Below, piece by piece: positions 31,968 through 42,297 of a DNA stretch of 64,000 nucleotides (positions within the stretch are counted from its first letter, which is position 1; each line of letters begins with the position of its first letter). The position numbers were made by a program, and so were the translations under genes. The notes below the pieces were generated by a model. The model was not told where the DNA came from. It was given only the letters and a program-made list of their open reading frames with translations, and did not search any database. Origin of the DNA: an uncultured Gammaproteobacteria bacterium (lineage in GTDB: Bacteria; Pseudomonadota; Gammaproteobacteria; DRLM01); contig CAVSNY010000002.1 of the NCBI GenBank assembly GCA_963729605.1, positions 192,001 to 256,000 on the forward strand, read 5' to 3'.

Positions 31968-33041
31968 TCAAAATAAAGTCAACTGATCGGTGTCGAGCCG
32001 CGGCGGCCGGAAACGGCCGGTGTCCAGCGGCGGCGGCGATTCGAAACCCAAACGTTGATGGGCCAGCCGGAACCGTTGCGCGATGAGGTCGGCGTAAATG
32101 CCGGTGCCGCGCATGCGCTCGCCGAACTGCGCGGCGTAATCCTTGCCGCCGCGACTGTCGCGGATACGTTCCATCACATGCGCGGCCCGGGTCGGCGCGT
32201 GCTCGGCCAGCCATTCGCGGAACAGGTCCTTCACCTCGTGGGGCAGGCGCAATAAAACATACCCGGCGCTGCGTGCCCCGGCGGATCGGGCGTCGGCGAG
32301 TATGGTTTCCAGTTCGCCGTCGGTCAACACCGGGATCAGCGGCGCGACCATCACCCCGACCGGGATGCCGGCCTCGCTCAGATGACGGATGATCTCCACC
32401 CGCCGCCGCGGCGCGCTGGCGCGCGGCTCGAGGGTACGCGCCAGCTGGTGGTCGAGGGTGGTGACCGAGACCATCACCTGCGCCAGGCCCTTGCCCGCCA
32501 TCTCGGCGAGGATGTCGATGTCCCGCTCCACCAGCCAGGACTTGGTGACGATGGTGAGCGGATGCTCGCATTCCCGCAGCACGTCCAAAATCGCGCGGGT
32601 GATATGCAGGCGCCGCTCCACCGGCTGATAGGCGTCGGTGTTGATGCCCACCGCGATCGGTGCGCAGCGGTAGCCGGGCGCCGCCAATTCCTTGCGCAGC
32701 AGCGCGGCGGCGTCCGGTTTGTAGAACAGGCGGCTCTCGAAATCCAGGCCCGGCGACAGCCCCAGCCAGGCGTGGCTGGGGCGGGCGAAACAATAGACGC
32801 AGCCGTGTTCGCAACCGCGATAGGGATTGATCGAGCGATCGAAGCCCACGTCCGGCGATTGATTGTAGGAAATCACGGTGCGGCTGGTGTCGACGCTGAG
32901 GGTGGTGGCCAGCGGCGGCGGCTCGGCGTCGAGATTGCCCCAGCCGTCGTCCACCTCTTCGCGGCGGAGCGCCTCGTAGCGGTTGTCGGGATTGCTGCGC
33001 GCGCCACGGCCGCGTGGCGCCTGCGGTGGACGTTTGCTCAT
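31968..33041 (-). CDS. PA0069/Rv2578c-family radical SAM protein (SplB-like)
   Basis: SINPYRGCEHGCVYCFARPSH (CxxxCxxC), NTDAYQPVER. Confidence 0.93.
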   Translation of the reverse strand: MSKRPPQAPRGRGARSNPDNRYEALRREEVDDGWGNLDAEPPPLATTLSVDTSRTVISYNQSPDVGFDRSINPYRGCEHGCVYCFARPSHAWLGLSPGLDFESRLFYKPDAAALLRKELAAPGYRCAPIAVGINTDAYQPVERRLHITRAILDVLRECEHPLTIVTKSWLVERDIDILAEMAGKGLAQVMVSVTTLDHQLARTLEPRASAPRRRVEIIRHLSEAGIPVGVMVAPLIPVLTDGELETILADARSAGARSAGYVLLRLPHEVKDLFREWLAEHAPTRAAHVMERIRDSRGGKDYAAQFGERMRGTGIYADLIAQRFRLAHQRLGFESPPPLDTGRFRPPRLDTDQLTLF

Positions 33042-33184
33042 GATACGTTCCGAAGGCTGGGGTGAAAACGGCGGGCGCCGTTCCACCTTTAACGAAAACC
33101 GGCGGGCCGCCCTGTGACAAACCCGCCCGGACATTCTAAGCTTGAGGCCCAGTCCATCGCACTCTAAATAACAAGGTCAACGTC

Positions 33185-34663
33185 ATGTCCGTCACCGCAA
33201 CCCCATCTCCGCTGCCGATCGGCAAAGGCCAGTCCGAGGTGGTCTTGTATCCCAAACTCGCCAACCGCCACGGCTTGATCAGCGGCGCCACCGGCACCGG
33301 CAAAACCATTTCCTTGCAGGTGCTGGCCGAGGGTTTCAGCGCCCTGGGCGTGCCGGTCTTTCTCGCCGACGTGAAGGGCGACCTCGCCGGCATCAGCCAG
33401 CCGGGTGTACCCAATCCCAAGCTACAGCAGCGTATCGAACAGCTGGGCATCGGCGACCATCGTTACACCGGTTTCCCGGTGGCCTTTTGGGACGTGTTCG
33501 GCGAACAGGGCTTGCCGCTGCGCGCCACCGTCTCCGACATGGGGCCGCTGCTGCTGTCCCGGCTGCTGGATCTCAACGAGGTGCAGAGCGGCCTGCTCAG
33601 CCTGGTGTTCCGGGTCGCCGACGAGCAAGGCTTGCTGCTGCTGGATCTGAAAGACCTGCGCGCCATGTTGCGCCACGTGGCCGACAACGCCAAGACCGTC
33701 AGCGCCGACTACGGCCATGTCTCCACCACCAGCGTCGCCGCGATCCAGCGCCAACTGCTGACGCTGGAGGAACAGGGCGGCGAGCACTTTTTCGGCGAAC
33801 CGGCGCTGCGCATCGCCGATCTGCTGCGCCGGGACGAGTCGGGCCGCGGCATGATCAATCTGCTGGCGGCCGACAAGCTGATCGGTTCGCCGCTGGTGTA
33901 TTCGACCTTGCTGCTGTGGTTGTTGGCCGAGCTGTTCGAGCAACTGCCCGAGGTGGGCGACCCCGAGCGTCCCAAATTGGTGTTCTTTTTCGACGAGGCC
34001 CATCTGTTGTTCAAGGACACGCCCAAGGCGCTGCAAGACAAGATCGAGCAGGTGGTGCGGCTGATTCGGTCGAAGGGCGTGGGCGTGTATTTCGTCACCC
34101 AGACCCCCATGGACATCCCCGACAGTGTGTTGGGCCAATTGGGCAACCGCATTCAACACGCCCTGCGCGCCTTCACCCCGCGCGATCAAAAGGCCGTGCG
34201 CGCCGCCGCCGAGACCTTTCGCGGCGACGGCAAATTGGACGTGGCGGCGGTCATCACCGAGCTGGGGGTGGGCGAGGCGCTGGTATCGTGCCTCGATCCC
34301 CAGGGCAGCCCGCAGGTCGTGCAGCGCGCGCTGATCCGTCCGCCGCAAGGCCTGATCGGCCCGATTCCCATGATGACCCGCGACCGCCTGATCAGCGCCG
34401 ATCCGCTGTATGCCCACTATAAAACCGAAATCGACCGCGAGTCGGCCTATGAATTGTTGAAGGCCAAGGCGGCCGCCGTGATCGAGACGCCAGCGCCGGC
34501 ACCGGCGGCGTCGACGCCGCGTTCCGCCCCGCGAGCGGGCCGCGGCCGCGAGGGCGCGGTGGAGGCCATAACCAAAAGCGCGATGCGCGCCATCGGCTCG
34601 CAACTGGGCCGGCAAATCATGCGGGGAATACTGGGGGCCATCACCGGCGGCCGCGGCCGCTGA
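33185..34663 (+). CDS. HerA-like ATPase, DUF853/YjgR family
   Basis: ANRHGLISGATGTGKT, FFFDEAH, LGNRIQHALRAFTP. Confidence 0.92.
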   Translation: MSVTATPSPLPIGKGQSEVVLYPKLANRHGLISGATGTGKTISLQVLAEGFSALGVPVFLADVKGDLAGISQPGVPNPKLQQRIEQLGIGDHRYTGFPVAFWDVFGEQGLPLRATVSDMGPLLLSRLLDLNEVQSGLLSLVFRVADEQGLLLLDLKDLRAMLRHVADNAKTVSADYGHVSTTSVAAIQRQLLTLEEQGGEHFFGEPALRIADLLRRDESGRGMINLLAADKLIGSPLVYSTLLLWLLAELFEQLPEVGDPERPKLVFFFDEAHLLFKDTPKALQDKIEQVVRLIRSKGVGVYFVTQTPMDIPDSVLGQLGNRIQHALRAFTPRDQKAVRAAAETFRGDGKLDVAAVITELGVGEALVSCLDPQGSPQVVQRALIRPPQGLIGPIPMMTRDRLISADPLYAHYKTEIDRESAYELLKAKAAAVIETPAPAPAASTPRSAPRAGRGREGAVEAITKSAMRAIGSQLGRQIMRGILGAITGGRGR

Positions 34664-34688
34664 GAACCTGTTCTGAACGGCGCGACGG

Positions 34689-35357
34689 CTAGACCAGCTT
34701 CAAATGGCTGGTGTCGGGCGGTGGTGGGGCCTCGCCCGGTTCTTGCTGGTCCACGTCGCTGCCGACGGGGGCGAGATCAAACGCGCTGGTGTCGATGGCG
34801 GGGGGCGTGATCGCCGGCGCCTCTCCCAGGCGCGCGCCGGGCGAGGCCATCGACAAGGCGCTGACGTCGATGGCCGGCACGGGCACCGGCGCGGCCTGGG
34901 CCAGGTTCACGCCCACGGGTGAAACCGATAGCGCGCTGACATCGATTTCGAGTGCGGGGATCGGTTCAGGTTTGATCAGCGTGGTGCCGGCGGGTGACAT
35001 GGAATAGGCGCTGATGTCGATGTCGGGCGCGGCGACCGGCACCGTCTCGACGAGCGTGACCCCGACCGGCGCCAGGCTGGGCGGTTGGTTTGCTTGAGGG
35101 CGGGTGACGGACGGACCGTCGTCGCTGAGGGTTTCCGCGACGCTGAGCAAGCCCGCCTCTTGCAGCGCGCCGACGTAACGTTGCGCGGCCGCCTGATCGA
35201 GGCCCTTCTTCACCACCACGCGCTGGCCGGAAAACAAGGGTTCCAGTTTGGCGGCCGGGACCTTGAACAAATTGGCGACTTTTTCCTTGACCTCCGCCAG
35301 CACCGCGCCGGCCGCCAATTGCCCGCTGACCACGATTTGATAGGTCTTGTCCGTCAT
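34689..35357 (-). CDS. Hypothetical protein with five 25-aa C-terminal repeats
   Basis: N-terminal domain YQIVVSG...LFSGQRVVVKKGLD...Y, then repeats of S-x-x-P-x-G...P-x-I-D-x-S-A. Confidence 0.8.
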   Translation of the reverse strand: MTDKTYQIVVSGQLAAGAVLAEVKEKVANLFKVPAAKLEPLFSGQRVVVKKGLDQAAAQRYVGALQEAGLLSVAETLSDDGPSVTRPQANQPPSLAPVGVTLVETVPVAAPDIDISAYSMSPAGTTLIKPEPIPALEIDVSALSVSPVGVNLAQAAPVPVPAIDVSALSMASPGARLGEAPAITPPAIDTSAFDLAPVGSDVDQQEPGEAPPPPDTSHLKLV

Positions 35358-35593
35358 TGCAGAGTTTCCCCATGACCGCCCGCTGAGCGCAGGGCTTGGT
35401 TTGCCTACTATAACGGCAGGTCCGGACGATCTCAAAACGGCGGGCCGGCATGACGACGAGGGGGCGCCGGGAGGCCGCGGCGCGGGTGACAATGGCCGCG
35501 GTTTACAGTACTGTGGCCGCGGAAAATACCGGGCACGCCTCTCACCAGGGTGTCATTCTTAATCCATGCCATCGCCCCGTCAGCCAGCCGACC

Positions 35594-36457
35594 ATGTTGA
35601 GTTACCGCCACGCCTTTCACGCCGGCAATTTCGCCGATGTCCACAAACACGCCGTGCTCTCGCTGCTGCTGGCGGCCTTGCGTAAAAAAGACTCGCCGTT
35701 TTGTTGCATCGACACCCATGCCGGCGCCGGCCGTTACGATTTGCAGAGCGCGGAGGCGCAAAAGAACCGGGAATACCTCAACGGCATCGGCCGGCTGTGG
35801 GGGCGTGGCGATGTGCCGCCCGCCCTCGATGGCTATTTGGCGGCGGTGCGCGCGCTCGATCCGGATGCCGCGCCCGAGGCCGGCGGCCCGGCCGCGCCGC
35901 GTTATTATCCTGGTTCGCCGCGGATCGCCCGCCATCATCTGCGCCCCCAGGACCGCTTGATCCTGACCGAGCTGCACAGCACCGACGTCGTGAATTTGCG
36001 CAACGAGTTCAAAGGCGATCCGCAGGTGGCGGTGCACCATCTCGATGGTTATCAAGGACTGAAGGCCTTTTTGCCGCCCAAGGAAAGGCGCGGCCTGGTG
36101 CTCATCGATCCGGCGTTCGAGTTGCACGACGAAGTGGAGCGTGCGGTCGAAGGGTTACACGCCGCCTGGCGGCGTTGGCCCCAAGGTATTTACGCCTTGT
36201 GGTATCCCATCACCCATCGCGCTTTTGCGCAGGGCATTCATCGGTCGGCGATCAAGCTGGGGATCGGCAAGACGCTGGTCGCGGAGATCGAGATCCGCCC
36301 GCCGCACAGCGCGCGGCAGTTGAACGGTTCGGGGATGTTGATCGTGAATCCGCCGTGGCGGATCGAGATGGATTTGAACGCGATCTGCAACTGGCTGGCG
36401 CCGGTCCTCGCCGACGACGGCGGGCAGGCGCGGGTCGAATGGCTGATACCGGAATGA
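35594..36457 (+). CDS. rlmJ: 23S rRNA m6A2030 methyltransferase
   Basis: MLSYRHAFHAGNFADVHKH, DTHAGAGRY, LIDPAFE, NPPW. Confidence 0.96.
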   Translation: MLSYRHAFHAGNFADVHKHAVLSLLLAALRKKDSPFCCIDTHAGAGRYDLQSAEAQKNREYLNGIGRLWGRGDVPPALDGYLAAVRALDPDAAPEAGGPAAPRYYPGSPRIARHHLRPQDRLILTELHSTDVVNLRNEFKGDPQVAVHHLDGYQGLKAFLPPKERRGLVLIDPAFELHDEVERAVEGLHAAWRRWPQGIYALWYPITHRAFAQGIHRSAIKLGIGKTLVAEIEIRPPHSARQLNGSGMLIVNPPWRIEMDLNAICNWLAPVLADDGGQARVEWLIPE

Positions 36458-36576
36458 GCGCGCGCTGGCGGGACCACGCGACCAGACGCGGAATAACGCG
36501 CCTTACGCTGAAAACGCGCGGCGGCAACGATCCTTAACCGGCGCCTGTTCGCAACGGACGGGCGTTTTCTTCGCGC

Positions 36577-36963
36577 TTATTCCGGTTCGGCCGGCATGGT
36601 ATGGCGGCTCAGCGCCAACATCCCGCGCACGACGCGGTATATCCACCACACGACCGCGGCGATGGCGACGACCGCGCCCACTCCGTAATAAAACGTGCCC
36701 ATGGAGATCGGCGCGGCGATAAAGATAGTCAAGGCGGTGGTCAGCATCCAGCGATGATGGCTTTCCGCAATCAGCACGCCTTCCCGTTTTATGCCGGTCG
36801 CACGGCGATAACGCCAGAGTTCGATCAGATTGACGACGACGCCCAGCGGTATGAGCACACCGATCGCGTAAAGGCCGTAGGCCAGCCATAACAGCCGCTC
36901 TTCCTTGCGCTCGATACGCCGGATCTTCGCCAGTTTTCTTTGTGACATCACGGTGGTGTTCAT
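36577..36963 (-). CDS. Small membrane protein (DUF4870-like)
   Basis: ESHHRWMLTT...WWIYRVVRG with three hydrophobic segments. Confidence 0.75.
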   Translation of the reverse strand: MNTTVMSQRKLAKIRRIERKEERLLWLAYGLYAIGVLIPLGVVVNLIELWRYRRATGIKREGVLIAESHHRWMLTTALTIFIAAPISMGTFYYGVGAVVAIAAVVWWIYRVVRGMLALSRHTMPAEPE

Positions 36964-37201
36964 GGACTTTCCTTAGGTTATCTCTATTGAATTTCATTAA
37001 ACCGCCGCCGCGGCGCCCGCTCAGTGACAAGATCACAGTCCGCCGCCGTGGCCAATATCCTAATAACTAGGATTATATTGGTTCGGTTGAATTGGCCGAG
37101 TAGCGCTTCCTCTCATTCCAGTCGGGCGGGAGACCACTTTCCTCGTTTCGATAATCTATGCTGTAGATATATAGATGGTTCGCGCTGTGCGTGGAGGTGG
37201 C

Positions 37202-39250
37202 ATGTTAGAGGGAAGCACCGCGGTGAGTAAGGTTTCGGAGGAGCCGGATGTGCCGCGCGCCTTCTGGTTCGAATGTCTGCTCGATACCTTGTCGCATGAA
37301 ATCTATGTGTTCCGCGCGGATAATCTGCATTTCATCGAGATCAACCAAGGGGCGCGCCGGGCCTTGGGATACGGCCGCGAAGAGCTGTTGCAGCGTTCGC
37401 TGCTGGATATCGAATCCGTCGTCTCTTCCAGCCAATTTCACGAGTTGTCCGGGCCGCTGCGCCGCGCCGAAAAAGAGAAAGTGATTTTTGAAACGACACA
37501 TCGGCGCAAGGACGGCAGCATTTATCCGGTGGAAGTGCGCTTGCAGCTTTGCCAGTCGCGGCAAGCCAATGCCTTCATCGCCATCGCGACGGATGTCACC
37601 GAGCGCAAATCCGCCGAAAACAAATTCCGGCATTTATCCGACTCTTTTCCAGACGCCGTTTTAATCCTCGAAGAACAACTCTGCATTGAATGCAACAAGG
37701 CGGGTTTGCAAATGTTCCAAGTCGCTTCGCTCGAGGAATTGGCGCGGCACTGGCCGAGGGTATTCGCCGACGATACCGGCCCATCCGCCGGGACGGGTCG
37801 GCGTACCGTATCCCCACTCCGGCAGGTCCTCGCCGCGCCCGAGTTTCGCGGCGAGGTCGCGTTGCGGCGCGCCAACGGTGAGATATTCCCGGCCTGGGCC
37901 TTCCTGAGCCCGATCATGGAAGGCGGGCGGCACTTGCATCAACTTATTCTGCGCGATCTCACCGAGCAAAGACGCACCGAACATGCCTTGCGGGAAAGCG
38001 AGGAGCGTTTTTCCCTGGCCATGGCGGGCGCCAATGACGGTTTGTGGGATTGGGATCTGAAAACCGATGCCGTGTATTTCTCGCCGCGTTGGAAAAATAT
38101 GCTGGGTTATGAGGAGCACGAACTCGCCAACCACCTGACCACCTGGAGCAGCAGCCTGCATCCGGACGATCTGGACCGCGCCTTGCGCGAAGTCGATGCG
38201 TACATGAGGGGCGTCATCGATGAATATATGATCGAGTTTCGCATGAAGCATAAGGCGGGACATTACGTGGACATCCTGGCGCGCGGCATCATCGTGCGCG
38301 ATGAAAACGCCGTTCCCCATCGGTTCGTCGGCACCCACGTCGATATCAGCGAGCGCAAGAAGGCGGAGCAACTGCTCCAGCAGCGCTTAAGCGAATTGGC
38401 CAAGGCCAATATGACGATCAAGGATACCCAGGCCCAGCTGTTTCAGGCGGAGAAGATGGCCTCCATCGGCGAATTGGCGGCGGGGATCGCCCATGAGATC
38501 AATAACCCGGTCGGTTTCGTCAGTTCCAATATCAGAACGCTCAAGGAAAATGCCGAGTATCTGCTGGGCCTGATCGAGCTGTATACGCAATTGGAGGCGC
38601 GGCCCGCCGATCAAGCCTTGTTGAAGGATATCCGGGCCTTTAAAAAACAAATCGATCTCGATTTCATCACGCGCGATATCCACGTGCTCGGCGCCGAGAG
38701 CGAGGAGGGCATCGCGCGGGTGATCCGCATCATCAAGGATTTGAAATCGTTCTCGCATATGGATCAAGGCGAGGCGCAGTTGAGCGATCTCCACGCCGGT
38801 CTGGATTCCACCCTCAATATCGCGCACAACGAAATAAAATATAAAGCGGATGTCGTCAAGGAATACGGCGATATTCCGCTGGTGCTGTGCAATCCGTCTC
38901 AGATCAATCAGGTGTTCATGAATCTACTGGTCAACGCGGCGCACGCCATCGAAAAATACGGCCGCATCACCGTTCGCAGCGGCCGGCGCGGCCATGAGTG
39001 GGTGTGGGTGGAGATCAGCGACACCGGCGGCGGTATTCCCGATGCGATAAAAACTCGGATTTTCGAGCCGTTTTTCACCACCAAAGCGGTCGGCAAAGGG
39101 ACGGGGCTGGGACTCGCGATCAGTTATCGCATCGTTGAAAGCCATGGCGGTCGTATTGAACTGGACAGCGTGCTGGGGCGGGGTTCGACCTTCCGGGTAG
39201 TGCTGCCTATCGAGGGCGTCGGTCCAGGCGCCGCTTTAAAGTCGCTGTAA
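37202..39250 (+). CDS. Cytoplasmic multi-PAS sensor histidine kinase (orphan)
   Basis: Three PAS/PAC units, H-box IAHEINNP, N-box [24 protein letters not shown]. Confidence 0.93.
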   Translation: MLEGSTAVSKVSEEPDVPRAFWFECLLDTLSHEIYVFRADNLHFIEINQGARRALGYGREELLQRSLLDIESVVSSSQFHELSGPLRRAEKEKVIFETTHRRKDGSIYPVEVRLQLCQSRQANAFIAIATDVTERKSAENKFRHLSDSFPDAVLILEEQLCIECNKAGLQMFQVASLEELARHWPRVFADDTGPSAGTGRRTVSPLRQVLAAPEFRGEVALRRANGEIFPAWAFLSPIMEGGRHLHQLILRDLTEQRRTEHALRESEERFSLAMAGANDGLWDWDLKTDAVYFSPRWKNMLGYEEHELANHLTTWSSSLHPDDLDRALREVDAYMRGVIDEYMIEFRMKHKAGHYVDILARGIIVRDENAVPHRFVGTHVDISERKKAEQLLQQRLSELAKANMTIKDTQAQLFQAEKMASIGELAAGIAHEINNPVGFVSSNIRTLKENAEYLLGLIELYTQLEARPADQALLKDIRAFKKQIDLDFITRDIHVLGAESEEGIARVIRIIKDLKSFSHMDQGEAQLSDLHAGLDSTLNIAHNEIKYKADVVKEYGDIPLVLCNPSQINQVFMNLLVNAAHAIEKYGRITVRSGRRGHEWVWVEISDTGGGIPDAIKTRIFEPFFTTKAVGKGTGLGLAISYRIVESHGGRIELDSVLGRGSTFRVVLPIEGVGPGAALKSL

Positions 39251-39357
39251 AGACGATGCTGGTTTTGCGTCGCTCGGCCGCTTCTTCGATCTGGGCGATC
39301 CAGGGAATTTCCAGGACTTGCTTTGGCACGGGCGGCCGCGTATTCCCGGCCATGGTT

Positions 39358-39386
39358 TTGACATTGACGGATTGAGCACTTATCAT
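39358..39386 (+). promoter_or_regulatory. Sigma70 promoter
   Basis: TTGACA-N17-TATCAT, 44 nt before ATG 39431. Confidence 0.7.
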
Positions 39387-39430
39387 CGCCGCTCCCGCGA
39401 GTTCGCCGTTTTTATTCGTGAGCATTTGCG

Positions 39431-40129
39431 ATGAGTTTATCTACCCGCGCACTCCCAACCCAGCGGCCGCAGGCCCGGGAGCAGGACATTCAGTTCAAGG
39501 GCCCGGCCGGCCGCATCGAAGGCATCGTCAGCGTTCCCCCCGCGGAAAAACCGGCCGGCGCGGTGGCGATCATTTGTCATCCCCATCCCTTGCATGGCGG
39601 CAGCTTCAACAACAAAGTGACGCATACCCTCGCGCGCACCCTGTGCAATCTGGGCGCGGTGGCGATCCGCTTCAATTTCCGGGGCGTGGGCCACAGCGCG
39701 GGCCGCTACGACCACGGCATAGGCGAGACGCAGGATCTGCTCGCGGTGATCCGCGCCGTGCGTGCCGAGTATCCCGGCCGGGAAATCTGGCTGGCGGGTT
39801 TTTCCTTCGGCGCCTACATCGCCCTGCACGCCGCGCAATACACCCAGGTGGACCGCCTGATCACCATCGCGCCGCCGGTCAATCTTTTTCGTCTTGGCGA
39901 CATGGCGGCGCCCGCCTGTCCGTGGTTGCTGGTGCAAGGCAAGCAGGACCAACTGGTGCCTTATCAGGATGTGTTGCGGTGGGCGACGCGGATCTACCCC
40001 GCGCCGGAGACGGTGTATCTCGACGATGCCTGCCATTATTTCCACGGCAAACTGGCCGCGCTGCAAACCATCATCGCAGGCGCCGTCGCGGAGGGCTGCG
40101 GCCGGTATTCGTTCGCGGGCCACGCTTAA
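39431..40129 (+). CDS. Alpha/beta hydrolase
   Basis: CHPHPLHGG, RFNFRGVG, nucleophile GFSFG, D (QDQLV), H (CHYFHG). Confidence 0.92.
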   Translation: MSLSTRALPTQRPQAREQDIQFKGPAGRIEGIVSVPPAEKPAGAVAIICHPHPLHGGSFNNKVTHTLARTLCNLGAVAIRFNFRGVGHSAGRYDHGIGETQDLLAVIRAVRAEYPGREIWLAGFSFGAYIALHAAQYTQVDRLITIAPPVNLFRLGDMAAPACPWLLVQGKQDQLVPYQDVLRWATRIYPAPETVYLDDACHYFHGKLAALQTIIAGAVAEGCGRYSFAGHA

Positions 40130-40255
40130 AATCAGAAAAATCTCAAAACGTGTTTTCTTGTGTTGCCGGCGGGAGCGGTCTAGATGACGTTGGACGACGT
40201 GCACGCCTTGGCGTGAGGAAGGCATCCTTTCGGCGTCTCACCCTACGGCGGCGCG

Positions 40256-40283
40256 CCCCTCTCCCCGCTTGCGGGAGAGGGGC
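40256..40283. repeat. REP-like palindrome (CCCTCTCCC...GGGAGAGGG family)
   Basis: GCCCCTCTCCCCGCTTGCGGGAGAGGGGC. Similar copies at ~10013-10045 and 53661-53700. Confidence 0.7.
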
Positions 40284-40402
40284 GTGAATACTCTCGATAC
40301 GTGATGGCGCACAACCGATAGACGGGTGGCGACGTTTGGTCATCGCGCACGAATTGGGCGTGGCCATCCACGCCGCGAGATCCCGCGCTGCCGGCGCTTG
40401 GT

Positions 40403-41620
40403 TCAGCGCGCCGAATGGCCGCTGAGTTTCACTTCCACTTTTTCATGCTCGGCCAGATTGGCGTAGTAATCGCGCAGAATGGCCAGCACCTCGGGGCGCG
40501 AGAATTCGGCCGGCACCTCGCCGTTCTCCGAGAGCGCCTTGCGCAGCTTGGTGCCCGACAGCAGCAAACGATCCGCGCCCTCGTGCGGGCAGGTGCGCAT
40601 CGAGGCCATGCCGCCGCACTTGTAGCAGTAAAAGGTCCAGTCGATCTTGAGCGGCTGGGTCTCGAGCGAGCCCTTGGGGATTTGATCGAAGATGTGGTGG
40701 GCGTCGAAGGGGCCGTAGTAATCGCCGACGCCGGCGTGGTCGCGGCCGACGATGAGGTGCGAGCAGCCGTAGTTCTGGCGGAACAGTGCGTGCAGCAGCG
40801 CCTCGCGCGGTCCGGCGTAACGCATGTCGAGCGGGTAACCCGATTGCACCACCGTGTCTTTGACGAAATAATTTTCGACGAGCGCGTTGATCGCTTTGAC
40901 GCGCACGTCGGAAGGAATGTCGCCGGCCTTCAATTTGCCGAGCAGCGAATGGATCATCACGCCGTCGCAGATCTCGATGGCGATCTTCACCAGATATTCG
41001 TGCGAGCGGTGCAGGGGATTGCGGGTCTGGAAGGCGACCACCGTGTTCCAGCCTTTTTCCTCGAATAATTTGCGGGTCTCGGCCGGGGTCATGTAGACGT
41101 CGGCGAAGTCAGTGGGGAAGCGGCCCTGCGACAAGACCTTCACCGGCCCGGCCAGATTCACCTCGCCCTGTTCCATCACCATCTGCACGCCGGGGTGTTC
41201 GGCGTCGGTGGTCTTGAACACCATGGCGCATTCATGGGCCTTGTCGATGGTGTATTTCTCGGTGACTTGCATGGTGGCCATGATCTCGCCGGATTCGCGG
41301 TCCACCAGCGCGACCTCGGAACCGGTCTTGATGCCGTCGGCGGTGTGCTGGTCGGTGGAGAGGGTGATGGGGATGGGCCAGAACAGGCCGTTGGCCATCT
41401 TCATTCCGTCGCATACGCCCTGCCAGTCGGCGCGGGTCATGAAACCGTCGAGCGGGGTGAAACCGCCGATGCCCAGCATGATCAGGTCGCCGACTTCGCG
41501 GGAGCTGATCCGCACCTGGCTGAGGGTCTCGGCCCGCTGGCGTTCGGCGGCCAACGCGGCGCCTTCCAGCAGCAGGGGTTTCAGCGTCTCGGCGCCGTGG
41601 GGTTTGACGAGTTTGGACAT
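40403..41620 (-). CDS. sat: Sulfate adenylyltransferase (ATP sulfurylase, Sat type)
   Basis: [44 protein letters not shown] before MSKLVKPHG. Confidence 0.96.
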   Translation of the reverse strand: MSKLVKPHGAETLKPLLLEGAALAAERQRAETLSQVRISSREVGDLIMLGIGGFTPLDGFMTRADWQGVCDGMKMANGLFWPIPITLSTDQHTADGIKTGSEVALVDRESGEIMATMQVTEKYTIDKAHECAMVFKTTDAEHPGVQMVMEQGEVNLAGPVKVLSQGRFPTDFADVYMTPAETRKLFEEKGWNTVVAFQTRNPLHRSHEYLVKIAIEICDGVMIHSLLGKLKAGDIPSDVRVKAINALVENYFVKDTVVQSGYPLDMRYAGPREALLHALFRQNYGCSHLIVGRDHAGVGDYYGPFDAHHIFDQIPKGSLETQPLKIDWTFYCYKCGGMASMRTCPHEGADRLLLSGTKLRKALSENGEVPAEFSRPEVLAILRDYYANLAEHEKVEVKLSGHSAR

Positions 41621-41687
41621 GGTGTGGACTCCTGAAAGTAAAAGACCCGGCCTGGGTGCGGCGCCGCGTTGCCGGCGAAAGAGCGCC

Positions 41688-41696
41688 ATTTTAGCA
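41688..41696 (-). promoter_or_regulatory. Extended -10 element for sat
   Basis: TGCTAAAAT on the minus strand. Confidence 0.45.
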
Positions 41697-42297
41697 ATGA
41701 AACGGCCGCGCGGGTATGCGGCGCGCGGATTTACTGGTCGTGGCCGGTGCGCGCGCCCAAGATTGTTCGATGAGCTGGGCGCGATTGCGGACCCCCGGCC
41801 TGTCGAGGCGGCGGCTCATGGGCTTTTTGACGGTGATTCACCGAGGTTGAGCCGGCCGGTGATGATGCTGTTCGCGCGGAGTGAGCTTGCGCAGCCATTC
41901 CGCCACCGCCCGGGCCGTAGGGGTTGAGGATTTCCCATTCGCTGTCGCCCGCCAAGGCCGGGGCGAATAAATCACACTCGCGGGCGTGACCTACAAAAAA
42001 CCTTCCTGTTACACCATCGCCATTTTTGGAGGCCCGCCTCCGCCACGCCGCCTACTACAAAAAGCAGGGCCTCGCGCCACTCATCGGAGTAAAGCGGAAA
42101 CCGGGCGGGTATAGGCCTGCGGCAAAGACGTCCTGAACGAGAGCGAGTCCGGCATTTTCGCAGGGTGCCGAGAACGGTTGGGTTACAAATCGGTGACTTA
42201 GGAAAAATCGCGCAAGGCCGATGAGCTTGAGAGTTGTCTGTATCGATGCGTGAGCCACCAGGGCCGGCATAGCTGGAGATGTCAGGAGTGGAGCAGT

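Noticed and set aside
30832-33120. 762-aa ORF as one fusion protein
   Set aside because: Its first ~400 codons are mostly an off-frame shadow of the radical SAM gene. The real gene starts at GTG 31914.
33185-34663. HerA-based anti-phage system
   Set aside because: DUF853/YjgR-type ATPase with host-like composition and no nuclease or Sir2 partner.
34695-35078. CRISPR-like periodicity
   Set aside because: The repeat is conserved at the protein level inside a CDS, with no identical DNA repeats or spacers. No cas genes in the window.
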